Assembly: GCA_963719655.1 (NCBI GenBank)
Contig: CAVRDQ010000138.1
Span: forward strand, 6,417-70,416
Length of the DNA: 64,000 bases
From: an uncultured Acidobacteriota bacterium
Lineage (GTDB): Bacteria; Acidobacteriota; Terriglobia; Terriglobales; Acidobacteriaceae
Direction: 5' to 3'
The notes under the pieces were generated by a model, which did not search any database, was not told where the DNA came from, and saw only the letters and a program-made list of their open reading frames with translations. A program made the position numbers and the translations under genes. Positions 28,819-36,787 of this stretch are shown here, piece by piece. How positions within the stretch are numbered: position 1 is the first letter of the stretch; every line of letters starts with the position of its first letter.

Positions 28819-29403
28819 TTAGCTCTTTTTCAGCTCCACCAGCACCTGGCGGGCGATTTCCTTCAGTGTCTCAAACACTCCAACGCCCTGCGATGCGATG
28901 GATTCAAACGTAGGCTCGCCGCGGCGGCAGAGCTGGTTGCGCATCTCCTCTTCCGACAGGATGTTCGGCAGGTCGCGCTTGTTCAGCTGCAGCACATAGG
29001 GGATGGTCGCAAAGTCATAGCCGTGTTCCTGCAGGTTGCCCACCAGGTTGTCCAGGGCTTCCACGTTGGCGTCGGCGCGCTCGGTCTGCGAGTCGGCCAC
29101 GAAGACCACGCCATCCACTCCGCGCAGAATCAGCTTGCGTGAGGCGTCGTAGAAGACCTGTCCGGGGACGGTGTAGAGGTGGAATCTGGTCTTGAACCCG
29201 CGGATGGTGCCCAGGTCGAGGGGGAGAAAATCGAAGAACAGGGTACGGTCGGTCTCCGTGGCAAGACTGATCATCTTGCCCTTCTGCTGCTCTCCCGTTT
29301 TGTCGAAGATGTGCTGCAGGTTCGTCGTCTTGCCGCCCAAGCCGGGGCCGTAGTAGACGATCTTGCAGTTAATCTCGCGGGCAGCGAAGTTGATGAAGCT
29401 CAA
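28819..29403 (-). CDS. mglA: Ras-like small GTPase MglA
   Basis: 194 aa with a TTG start preceded by gagga. [29 protein letters not shown]...[11 protein letters not shown]...[34 protein letters not shown]...NKRD is near-collinear with Myxococcus MglA as recalled. Confidence 0.92.
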   Translation of the reverse strand: MSFINFAAREINCKIVYYGPGLGGKTTNLQHIFDKTGEQQKGKMISLATETDRTLFFDFLPLDLGTIRGFKTRFHLYTVPGQVFYDASRKLILRGVDGVVFVADSQTERADANVEALDNLVGNLQEHGYDFATIPYVLQLNKRDLPNILSEEEMRNQLCRRGEPTFESIASQGVGVFETLKEIARQVLVELKKS

Positions 29404-29624
29404 GGAGTCCTCGTTCGGTTCCCGACTCGGCGCCGCCCCTGTGGCGGCCGTCCGTCACCGTTCGCTCTTCCAGCGGTACTTGCCGGGGGCGCGCGCGGGT
29501 CTTCCGGTGTTTCGTGACTGAAAACGCTCTTCAGCGGTTACTTGGGTTATACCACAACCCCGGGTCGCCGGGAGGCCACAACCCAACCTCCCGGAACCAC
29601 GGTAATATCAATTTCAGCCGATGG

Positions 29625-30950
29625 TTACTGCTTCTGCGGTGCCGGGTAGTAACCGTCGCGCGCAAATACCTTCAGGCTGGGGCCGTAGCCGCCCACACGC
29701 ACCTCGATCTTGCGGTATGCGGTGGAGGCCGTCGCGTCCGTGTAATACACCAGCGTGTACTGGCTGCGCGATTCTTCCATGGCGCTGCCGTAAGCAGATT
29801 CCAGCGCGGCGGCCGTGAACTCCGTGAAGATCTCTCCACCGGTGGCCGAGGCGTACTTGGGCAGGATGTTGGCATACCCCTGGGTGGGCAGGTGGATGCG
29901 GGCGATCTTGTTGTAGTACTTGATGGCCGACGCGTCCAGAGCCACGCCGTACACCACCACATTGTTGGTCAGCAGAACCTTCCGCACGTCGTTGTAGCTG
30001 GCGTGGCTGCCATACTCGCGTCCGTCGCTGAGCACAAAGATCACTCGGCGCCGTGCTTTTTCGCGGCGGCTCAGGTCGCGTGCCGCCTGCAGAATGGCGT
30101 CGTTCAGCACGCGCGAAGGCTCGGCGTCCTTGGGCGGCGCGCCCTCAATGGGGTTGCGCATTGTGCCGGGATCAAAGACACGTCCGTTGATCGAGGGGCC
30201 GGAGGTCATCGGGTTATACACCCCCGGTCCGCTGGCCGTGCCCTGTAACTGCTGGATGCGGGACAGCGTGCGGCTGGTGCTGTCGCCCAGGGCGGCCAGG
30301 TAATCCTGCTGCTGCTTCACCGTGTTGCCGTAGGTGTACACCGCCAGCTCGTCGAACTGGCTGAAGCTGCCCACCAGTGCGCTGACCGTCTCCTTCACCT
30401 TGCGCAGCGCGATTTCCGGCATCCCCACGTCAATGATGACGGCGGCCGAGACCGGGAACGGATCGCTGGTGAAGAAGGCGATGCGCTGCTTGGTGCCGTC
30501 CTCGTACACCGTGAAGTTTTCCTTCGTCAGGCCGGGGAAGAGTCTTCCCGTGGCGTCCTTGACCGTCACCGAGATGGGCACGGCGTTGACGTTCACGGAG
30601 ATCAATCCCTTGGTCTCGTCATAGCCGCTGCTGGTGGTGTTGGCCCGCCGGTTGCTGGGCATAATGCGTCCCGGAGGAGGAGCGTTCGGCGGCGGTGTCG
30701 CCTGCTCGGCGTTGATCTCAGCCTGCGTCCTGGTGTCCACCGAAGTCGCCTCGCCCGTCTGCGGCGTGGTCTGTTCGCTGGGCACGGCCGTCGCGGTGGG
30801 CAGGGTGCGGTTCGGAGCCGGTGCGTCGGGCAGTCCACTGGCCTGGCCCTGCGGCTTGGGCGAATCCGGCAAACCCTGCTGCGCCATAAGCGCCAGTGGG
30901 AGCAGGAGCAGGATCGAAAGCAAAGTGACGGAAAGCCGTAGGCGCTGCAT
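29625..30950 (-). CDS. Secreted VWA-domain protein, Acidobacteria VWFA-related type (paralogue 1)
   Basis: The signal peptide MQRLRLSVTLLSILLLLPLALMAQQ begins at ATG 30950 (track ORF starts at 31004). Pro/Ala/Thr-rich linker, VWA core (AAVIIDVG...FVLSDGRE), C-terminal ARDGYYPAP. Confidence 0.8.
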   Translation of the reverse strand: MQRLRLSVTLLSILLLLPLALMAQQGLPDSPKPQGQASGLPDAPAPNRTLPTATAVPSEQTTPQTGEATSVDTRTQAEINAEQATPPPNAPPPGRIMPSNRRANTTSSGYDETKGLISVNVNAVPISVTVKDATGRLFPGLTKENFTVYEDGTKQRIAFFTSDPFPVSAAVIIDVGMPEIALRKVKETVSALVGSFSQFDELAVYTYGNTVKQQQDYLAALGDSTSRTLSRIQQLQGTASGPGVYNPMTSGPSINGRVFDPGTMRNPIEGAPPKDAEPSRVLNDAILQAARDLSRREKARRRVIFVLSDGREYGSHASYNDVRKVLLTNNVVVYGVALDASAIKYYNKIARIHLPTQGYANILPKYASATGGEIFTEFTAAALESAYGSAMEESRSQYTLVYYTDATASTAYRKIEVRVGGYGPSLKVFARDGYYPAPQKQ

Positions 30951-31116
30951 CAGGAATACCCTCCGCGGATGACGATTGCCGGATTCAAGATTGCCAAACT
31001 GCAAATTCTAGTGCTCCAGGCGGCCCTTCACAAGCCGCGAATGTCACCGCAGCCCGGGAAAGCCGTGCAAGTCTCCACCCCTCCATACTAGACTACGGGC
31101 ATAGGCGGGAGGAACC

Positions 31117-32286
31117 ATGGGTAAGCTAACGCAAAACAGAATACTCGTCCGCGGGCTGCTGGCCTGTTGTCTGCTTGCCGCGCTTCCTTCCCTGGCGCAG
31201 AGTGATCTCCCCAAGGCCAGCAACGCCCCCACCGACGATGGCTACTCCATGCCCGAGCTGCCCGACCCCAAGGCCCCGCCGGCCGCAAAGCAGCCTGCCC
31301 CGGCCGCTCCTGCAGAGCAGCCTGCCCGCCCGCTCGACTCCCAGCCCGACCTCCAGCCCAATCTGGGCGAGGTCACCCTCTTCTTCAGCGTGCGCAACCA
31401 CCATCACGAGCTGATCGTCGGCCTCAAAAAGAAGGATTTCCGCCTCACCGAAGATGGCGTTCCGCAGTCCATTGAGGACCTCGACTCGGCCTTCGCCCAG
31501 CCACTCACCCTTGGCGTGCTGGTGGATACCAGTGCCAGCCAGTCCCGTCTGTTGCCCGCCGAACGCGAGGCCGGAAAGCTCTTTCTGGCTCACGCGCTCA
31601 CCTCGCGTGATCTCGCCTTCGTCATCCACTTCGACGTCACCGTCAGCCTTCTGCAGGACTGCACCAATGACATGCCCCGCCTGCGCCGCGCCTTCGACCG
31701 CGCCGACCTCAACGATGGTGGCGGCAGCGGCGGACGTGGCACCGCCGGCGATGGACGTGGCACCATCCCCGTGCACAAGGGCAGCGGAACTCTTCTTTAC
31801 GATGCCGTCTACCTGGCCGTGGCCGAGAAGCTGCAAAAAGAGAGTGGACGCCACGCCATCCTCCTGCTCACCGATGGCGACGATCATGGCAGCCAGAAGT
31901 CCCTGGCCTCGGTCATCGAGGCCGCGCAGCGCGCCGATACCGCCGTCTACGTCATCCTTCTGGCCGACCATTCGCCCAACGAGCATCCCCGCTTCCACGA
32001 TGGTGAAAGCCAGGTGCGCCGGCTCGCCGAGCAGACCGGAGGCCGCGTTTTTGATGTCGGTGACAGCGTGAAAAAGCTGCGCGCCGCCCTCGAAGAGCTG
32101 GCGCTGGAGCTGCACGGCCAGTACATGCTCACCTATCTGCCCACGCGCCTCAAGGCCGACGGACACTTCCGCCACGTCGAAATCAAGGCCAATGACAGCG
32201 ACTTCCGCGTGCTCGCCCGCCGTGGCTATTGGGCTCCCAAGGCGCCTGCACAGGATTCGCCGGAGAATAGCGCTCCGGGGAAATAA
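31117..32286 (+). CDS. Secreted VWA-domain protein, Acidobacteria VWFA-related type (paralogue 2)
   Basis: 389 aa with RBS gggagg and a signal peptide. Pro/Ala-rich linker, VWA core (LGVLVDTSAS...LLLTDGDDHGS), C-terminal ARRGYWAPK. Confidence 0.8.
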   Translation: MGKLTQNRILVRGLLACCLLAALPSLAQSDLPKASNAPTDDGYSMPELPDPKAPPAAKQPAPAAPAEQPARPLDSQPDLQPNLGEVTLFFSVRNHHHELIVGLKKKDFRLTEDGVPQSIEDLDSAFAQPLTLGVLVDTSASQSRLLPAEREAGKLFLAHALTSRDLAFVIHFDVTVSLLQDCTNDMPRLRRAFDRADLNDGGGSGGRGTAGDGRGTIPVHKGSGTLLYDAVYLAVAEKLQKESGRHAILLLTDGDDHGSQKSLASVIEAAQRADTAVYVILLADHSPNEHPRFHDGESQVRRLAEQTGGRVFDVGDSVKKLRAALEELALELHGQYMLTYLPTRLKADGHFRHVEIKANDSDFRVLARRGYWAPKAPAQDSPENSAPGK

Positions 32287-32360
32287 GCCAACAAAAAGGC
32301 CACCGGAATCGCTCCCGATGGCCCAGGTGAATTTCTCTAGAATCCTTACTTGCGCGGCTT

Positions 32361-33629
32361 CTATTTTCGTTTCGGTGCGTAGTATCCCTTGCGCGCCCTC
32401 AGCTTCACCCCGGGCCGTCCCACGGCATCCAGGGTCACCGGGCGGTAGCGGCCGTCCTCGTCAAAGTTCTGCGGCTTGTAGGCCACCACGTACTGGCTGC
32501 GCAGCTCGTCCTGTATCTCGGCAAAGGAGTTGGAAACCTCTTCGATCCGCAGCGGGAAGAAGACGCGTCCTCCGGTCTGCTCGGCGAACTGCTGCAGCAC
32601 CTTGTCGCCCTTGCGGTCGCTGTCGCCGACGTTCGTGCTGATGACGAAGATGATGAGGTCGGCGCGCAGGGCGGCTTCAATGGCCTCGGCCCGGGTGTGG
32701 CGGCTCTGGTTGTCGTCGCCGTCGCTCAGCAGGATGATGGCCTTGCGTGACGGTCCCTTGACCTGGGTGTGCGCCAGCTTGTCGCTGGCCTGGATGACGG
32801 CATCAAACAGCGCCGTTCCGCCCCCGGGGCGCAGAACCCTAACACCGCGCGCCAGCAGGTTCGTGTCGTCGGTAAAGTCCTGTGTCAGGTCGCTCAGCGA
32901 GTCAAAGCCCACCACAAACACCTGGTCGTTGCCCCGCCGCACCGTCTGGTTCAGGAACTCCACCGCCGCATCCTGCTCAAAGCGGAAGCGGTCGCGGATC
33001 GAGTTGCTCGCGTCAATCAGCAGCCCCACCCGCAGCGGCAATCCGGTCTCGCTCTCAAAGGCCTCAATGCGCTGCGGCGGCTTGCCCTCGTCCAGCAGGC
33101 GCACGTCCTCGCGCTTCAGATCCTTGATGTAGCGGCCCTTCTTGTCCACGGCGGTGAAGATCATCGCCACCAGGTCCACGTCCACGCCGATGCGGTATTC
33201 GGCGTCGCCCCCTGTCTCCGGCTCCACCTGGTTCGGATGCTGCACGCGCGGCGGCGCGGCCGTCACCGGCGCGAAGGCCGAAGACGGGTCCATTGGTTTG
33301 GGTGCGGCCTTGGGATTCGCCGGCACGCTCTCCGTTGCCGGAATCTGTGCCGTCGGTGCGCTCTGCGTAGCCGCCGGCTGTGCCGTCGCATCCTGTGCAG
33401 GAGTAACCGTTGGCGGGGCGGGCAAATCGCGTACCGGAGTGGCCTGCGGCTGCGCGCTCTGCGCCTGCGGCGGTTGCGCCGGAGCGCCCGGGAAGCGCGG
33501 TTGCGCCGGAGCGCCCGGGAAGCGCGGTTGCGCCGCCGACGGCGCTGCCGGCAAATCTTGCGAACTCTGGGCCGCCAAAGGGACAGCCAGAATCAGTGCA
33601 GTAAGCAGGGTATAGGCCAGCTTTTTCAT
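32361..33629 (-). CDS. Secreted VWA-domain protein, Acidobacteria VWFA-related type (paralogue 3)
   Basis: 422 aa with a signal peptide. Pro/Ala/Gln-rich linker containing the AQPRFPGAP repeat, VWA core (VGLLIDASNS...ILLSDGDDNQS), C-terminal ARKGYYAPK. Confidence 0.8.
   Translation of the reverse strand: MKKLAYTLLTALILAVPLAAQSSQDLPAAPSAAQPRFPGAPAQPRFPGAPAQPPQAQSAQPQATPVRDLPAPPTVTPAQDATAQPAATQSAPTAQIPATESVPANPKAAPKPMDPSSAFAPVTAAPPRVQHPNQVEPETGGDAEYRIGVDVDLVAMIFTAVDKKGRYIKDLKREDVRLLDEGKPPQRIEAFESETGLPLRVGLLIDASNSIRDRFRFEQDAAVEFLNQTVRRGNDQVFVVGFDSLSDLTQDFTDDTNLLARGVRVLRPGGGTALFDAVIQASDKLAHTQVKGPSRKAIILLSDGDDNQSRHTRAEAIEAALRADLIIFVISTNVGDSDRKGDKVLQQFAEQTGGRVFFPLRIEEVSNSFAEIQDELRSQYVVAYKPQNFDEDGRYRPVTLDAVGRPGVKLRARKGYYAPKRK
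33471..33534. repeat. 27-bp tandem repeat (about 2.4 units) inside VWA paralogue 3
   Basis: cggttgcgccggagcgcccgggaagcg occurs at 33471-33497 and 33498-33524, then a partial unit. It encodes the repeated PAQPRFPGA peptide on the minus strand. Confidence 0.9.
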
Positions 33630-33671
33630 GCCATAAGTGTATAACGGGCCGCTTTGCCTTTGCTGCTACGG

Positions 33672-33705
33672 TGTCATCCTGAGCGGAGCGCAGCGAAGTC
33701 GAAGG
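33672..33705 (+). repeat. Intergenic repeat, 'tgtcatcctgagcg' core family
   Basis: tgtcatcctgagcggagcgcagcgaagtcgaagg. The same 14-nt core recurs inverted at 45937-45954 and 49398-49419. Confidence 0.8.
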
Positions 33706-33729
33706 CCCCCTACCTCTCATGTAACGTCA

Positions 33730-33770
33730 CGGGTGCCCCATCTCTGGCCTGCCTTTGGCCAGAGGTGGGA
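33730..33770 (+). repeat. REP-like hairpin element (cgggtgcccca... family, variant stem)
   Basis: In cgggtgccccatctctggcc-tgccttt-ggccagaggtggga, the arms cccatctctggcc and ggccagaggtggg pair with one G-U. Confidence 0.7.
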
Positions 33771-33789
33771 GGCAGAATACAAACGATGG

Positions 33790-33889
33790 TCGGGTGCCCC
33801 ATCCTAGCCGTTGTTGCTAGGGTGGGGTAGTTGCTCTTGTCGGGTGCCCCATCCTAGCCGTTGTTGCCAGGGTGGGGCAGTTTCTCTTG
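33790..33889 (+). repeat. Two tandem 50-bp REP-like hairpin units
   Basis: tcgggtgccccatcctagccgttgttgc(t/c)agggtgggg(t/c)ag...ctcttg occurs at 33790-33839 and 33840-33889. Each unit contains the hairpin ccccatcctagc/g(c)tagggtgggg. An inverted copy lies at 49432-49487. Confidence 0.85.
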
Positions 33890-33911
33890 CTCTTAAATTT
33901 CGAGGATAAAA

Positions 33912-35384
33912 CTAGCCGATGCTCTCCGCCGACTTCCGCAGCCGTTCCAGGAAGTCCTGCAGTTCCTTCGGCAGTGGAGCCTCAAAGTCCATCGCCTTGC
34001 CCGTCGTGGGATGCACAAAGTGCAGCCGCGCCGCGTGCAGGAAGTTGCGCTGCAGGTTCAGGGCGGCCGCTCCGGCGCCATGGCTCTTGGTGCGGCGAAC
34101 CTGGGTGCGGACGCTGATGGCGTTGCCCTGCTGCTCGCGGGAGAGCGTCCGGGGCAGCAGATACTCCGGCGCGCCGTACAGCGTGTCGCCCACCACGGGA
34201 TGCCCGATCGAACTCATGTGCACGCGAATCTGGTGCGTGCGTCCGCTCTCGATCTTCACCTCGACCAGCGCAAAGCGCCCGTAGGGGGTCAGCAACTTCT
34301 CCAGCACCTTGTAATGCGACAACGCGTTGCGCGGATCAATGCCGGTCACGCTCATGCGGGTGCGGTTCTTCGGATCGCGTCCAATGGGATCGTCAATGCT
34401 GCCCGTGTCGGACTGCGGCCAGTTGTGCACCAGCGCCAGATAGGTCTTGCTCACCTGACGGCTGCTGAACTGCTCGGCCAGCTTCTGATGGGCGCGGTCG
34501 TTCTTGGCTACCACCAGCAATCCGCTGGTGTCCTTGTCCAACCGGTGCACAATGCCGGGACGCAGATCGCCGCCCACTCCGCTCAAATCTCGAAAGCGGT
34601 AGAGCAGGGCGTTGACCAGGGTGCCGCGGTTGCGTTCGTCCTCGGGACTTCCCGCTCCGGCGTGTACCACCATTCCGGCCGGCTTGTTCACCACGGCCAG
34701 GTTGCGGTCCTCAAACACCACGTCCAGCGGAATATTCTCCGGGATGGCCTTCAAGGCCGGGGCTTCCACCTTGCCCGTCACTTCGATAACCTCGCTGCCC
34801 TTCAGCCTCAGCGATGCCTTCGCCGGCCGCTCATTCACCAGCACCTTGCCCTGCTCAATCAGCTGCTGCACGCGTACGCGGCTCACCTCTTGCAGCCGCG
34901 CCACCAGGAAGTGATCGAGGCGCAGCCCGGCGTCTTCTTCGCCGGCGTCAAAGCTCCGCAGCTCGGCACCCGGCAACTCAGGGGTCAGCAACTCTGGGGT
35001 CAGCAGCTTTGGGGTCATCAATTCCGGGGTCAGCAATTCTCGACCCGGCAACTCCGGCACTTCGACGATAGGAAGAATCGGCTCGGCGATGACCTTGGCC
35101 TTCTCTGTTGGCTTCGCCTTCGCCTTGGCCTTAACGACTGGCTTGGCTTTGACGACTGGCTTGGCCTTGACGACTGGCTTGGCCTTGACCTTGGCTATTG
35201 GCTTGGCTGTTGCCTTGGCCTTCGCCGCCGGCTTCGCCTTGGTCTTGCTCTTGGCTTCCGGCTTCGCTTTGGCTTTTGCTGTTGGCTTCGCCTTGGCCTT
35301 GGACTTCGCTGTTTGCTTCGTCTCCGGTTTGGCTTTGGTTGCCTTGCGCTGGGCTTTCGGGCGGGATGTGGATTTACTGGGCAT
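33912..35384 (-). CDS. rluD: RluA/RluD-family 23S rRNA pseudouridine synthase with long Lys/Ala/Pro-rich repeat N-terminal extension
   Basis: ATG at 35384 (track start is TTG 35390). C-terminal S4 domain plus catalytic core (...GIVHRLDKDTSGLLVVAKN..., ...GRTHQIRVH...). The N-terminal ~150 aa are KAKP/KPVV and LLTPE repeats. Confidence 0.85.
   Translation of the reverse strand: MPSKSTSRPKAQRKATKAKPETKQTAKSKAKAKPTAKAKAKPEAKSKTKAKPAAKAKATAKPIAKVKAKPVVKAKPVVKAKPVVKAKAKAKPTEKAKVIAEPILPIVEVPELPGRELLTPELMTPKLLTPELLTPELPGAELRSFDAGEEDAGLRLDHFLVARLQEVSRVRVQQLIEQGKVLVNERPAKASLRLKGSEVIEVTGKVEAPALKAIPENIPLDVVFEDRNLAVVNKPAGMVVHAGAGSPEDERNRGTLVNALLYRFRDLSGVGGDLRPGIVHRLDKDTSGLLVVAKNDRAHQKLAEQFSSRQVSKTYLALVHNWPQSDTGSIDDPIGRDPKNRTRMSVTGIDPRNALSHYKVLEKLLTPYGRFALVEVKIESGRTHQIRVHMSSIGHPVVGDTLYGAPEYLLPRTLSREQQGNAISVRTQVRRTKSHGAGAAALNLQRNFLHAARLHFVHPTTGKAMDFEAPLPKELQDFLERLRKSAESIG
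34981..35040. repeat. 15-bp tandem repeat x4 within rluD-like gene
   Basis: Units ggggtcagcaactct / ggggtcagcagcttt / ggggtcatcaattcc / ggggtcagcaattct encode (E/K)L(L/M)TP units on the minus strand. Confidence 0.9.
35130..35183. repeat. 18-bp tandem repeat x3 within rluD-like gene
   Basis: (c/t)tt(a/g)acgactggcttggc occurs three times and encodes KAKPVV units on the minus strand. Confidence 0.9.
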
Positions 35385-35491
35385 TCTCAACAGGATAGCA
35401 GTTGCCAGCGCGAAAAGCTGTGACCCCCGGCTTCCCGCCCATTCAAGCTCCTGCCCACCCCTGCCGATAGGGCAGCCTGGTGCAGCTTGCG

Positions 35492-35920
35492 ATGAACGCC
35501 CTCAGACTCAGTATCGCGCAATCCTCGGCCACCCTTGACGCGGCCTCCGACGCACGTTCGACGGCCCTCACCCTGGTGCGCCGAAACCTGCTCGCCACGC
35601 GAGCTGCCAGCGGGACTAACTCCAGCTCCGCCAACAGCCTGGCCAACTCCACCACCTACCTCAGCCGCCCCGTGGATAGTTATAACTGGAGCGTCGCCGT
35701 CGCCACCTACGGCGCGCAGGGCGCCTACGCGGCCAACCTTGTGGATGGCACATATCAGGCTTCGCAGAGCAATGAGGGAGAGAGCTTCTCAGGAGAATTC
35801 GCCGCGCTCGTTGCCTACGCCCCCAGCGCCAGCGCGGAGACCGGCGCCGCCGCGCAGTATGGCTTCTACGCCGGCCTCTCCGCCAACGCCACCGCACACG
35901 CCGTGGATATATATGCCTAG
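35492..35920 (+). CDS. Hypothetical Ala/Ser-rich protein
   Basis: ATG 35492 lies within a track ORF that starts at GTG 35480. About 142 aa with G/C-rich third positions. No signal peptide and no recognised motif. Confidence 0.35.
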   Translation: MNALRLSIAQSSATLDAASDARSTALTLVRRNLLATRAASGTNSSSANSLANSTTYLSRPVDSYNWSVAVATYGAQGAYAANLVDGTYQASQSNEGESFSGEFAALVAYAPSASAETGAAAQYGFYAGLSANATAHAVDIYA

Positions 35921-35974
35921 TTTCTGATTCTTGAACTGCTTAACAAGACCGCGCGCCGAGAGGCTACTCTGAGG

Positions 35975-36787
35975 CTAGTCGCCCCGGCTGGTCTTGCCCA
36001 CGGCAGCCGAGTGCAGCGGTACCCTTCGCAGGTAGATGATGAAGCCGGTGACCACCAGTCCAATCGCAATCAACTGCGTGCCGGTGATCAGCCCACCCAG
36101 TACCTCACCGCGTCCGGGATCGCCGCGGAAGAACTCGAAGACAAAGCGCTCGCAGCCGTAGACGATCATGAACAGCGCCATCACCTGGCCTTCGAAGCGC
36201 TTGTGTTTGCACAGCCAGTAGAGCCAGACAAAGTTGATGAGCTCGGCAAAAAACTCGTATAGCTGCGTCGGGTGCAGCGGGATATTCAGCGGCGTCCCCT
36301 GGTAGAGGTTGGCCCAGGAGTTGTGGAAGGTGATCCCCCAGGGCAGGTGCGTGGGGCGGCCATAGCAGCATCCCGCGGCCAGGCAGCCAAGGCGGCCGAA
36401 GGCATGGCCAAGGGCCACACCGGGGGCGAAGACGTCGGCGGCGGAGAGAAAGGAAATCTTCTGCGTGCGCAGGTACCACCAGCCCGCGACAAGAGCCGCC
36501 ACCAGTCCTCCGGAGAAGACTCCGCCGGATTGCAGGGTGGCCAGGCTGAAGATGCGCCCGGGCTCGGCCGCGTACTCGCGCCAGTCCACCAGCAGCATGA
36601 GCACCTTGGCGCCCACGATGCCGCTGAAGGCGACCAGCCCGCCGAGGCTCCACATCTGGTCGGGGTCCAGGCCGCGGAAGCGCGCCAGGCGGAAGATGAC
36701 GGCAAGGCCTACGAGCATGCCCAGCGCGGCCATCAGGCCGTAGGTGGGCAGGGAAACGGATCCGAAGTGGAAGAAGTGTGGGTACAC
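35975..36787 (-). CDS. lgt: Prolipoprotein diacylglyceryl transferase
   Basis: 270 aa with a GTG start. ...LPTYGLMAALGMLVG..., ...GHAFGRLGCLAAGCCYGRPT..LPWGITF are typical Lgt motifs. Confidence 0.92.
   Translation of the reverse strand: MYPHFFHFGSVSLPTYGLMAALGMLVGLAVIFRLARFRGLDPDQMWSLGGLVAFSGIVGAKVLMLLVDWREYAAEPGRIFSLATLQSGGVFSGGLVAALVAGWWYLRTQKISFLSAADVFAPGVALGHAFGRLGCLAAGCCYGRPTHLPWGITFHNSWANLYQGTPLNIPLHPTQLYEFFAELINFVWLYWLCKHKRFEGQVMALFMIVYGCERFVFEFFRGDPGRGEVLGGLITGTQLIAIGLVVTGFIIYLRRVPLHSAAVGKTSRGD

Noticed and set aside
33790-33889. Possible CRISPR array or other tandem array.
   Set aside because: There are only two directly abutting 50-bp units with no spacers, no cas genes, and an inverted copy elsewhere. 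This behaves like a REP-type hairpin element, not CRISPR.
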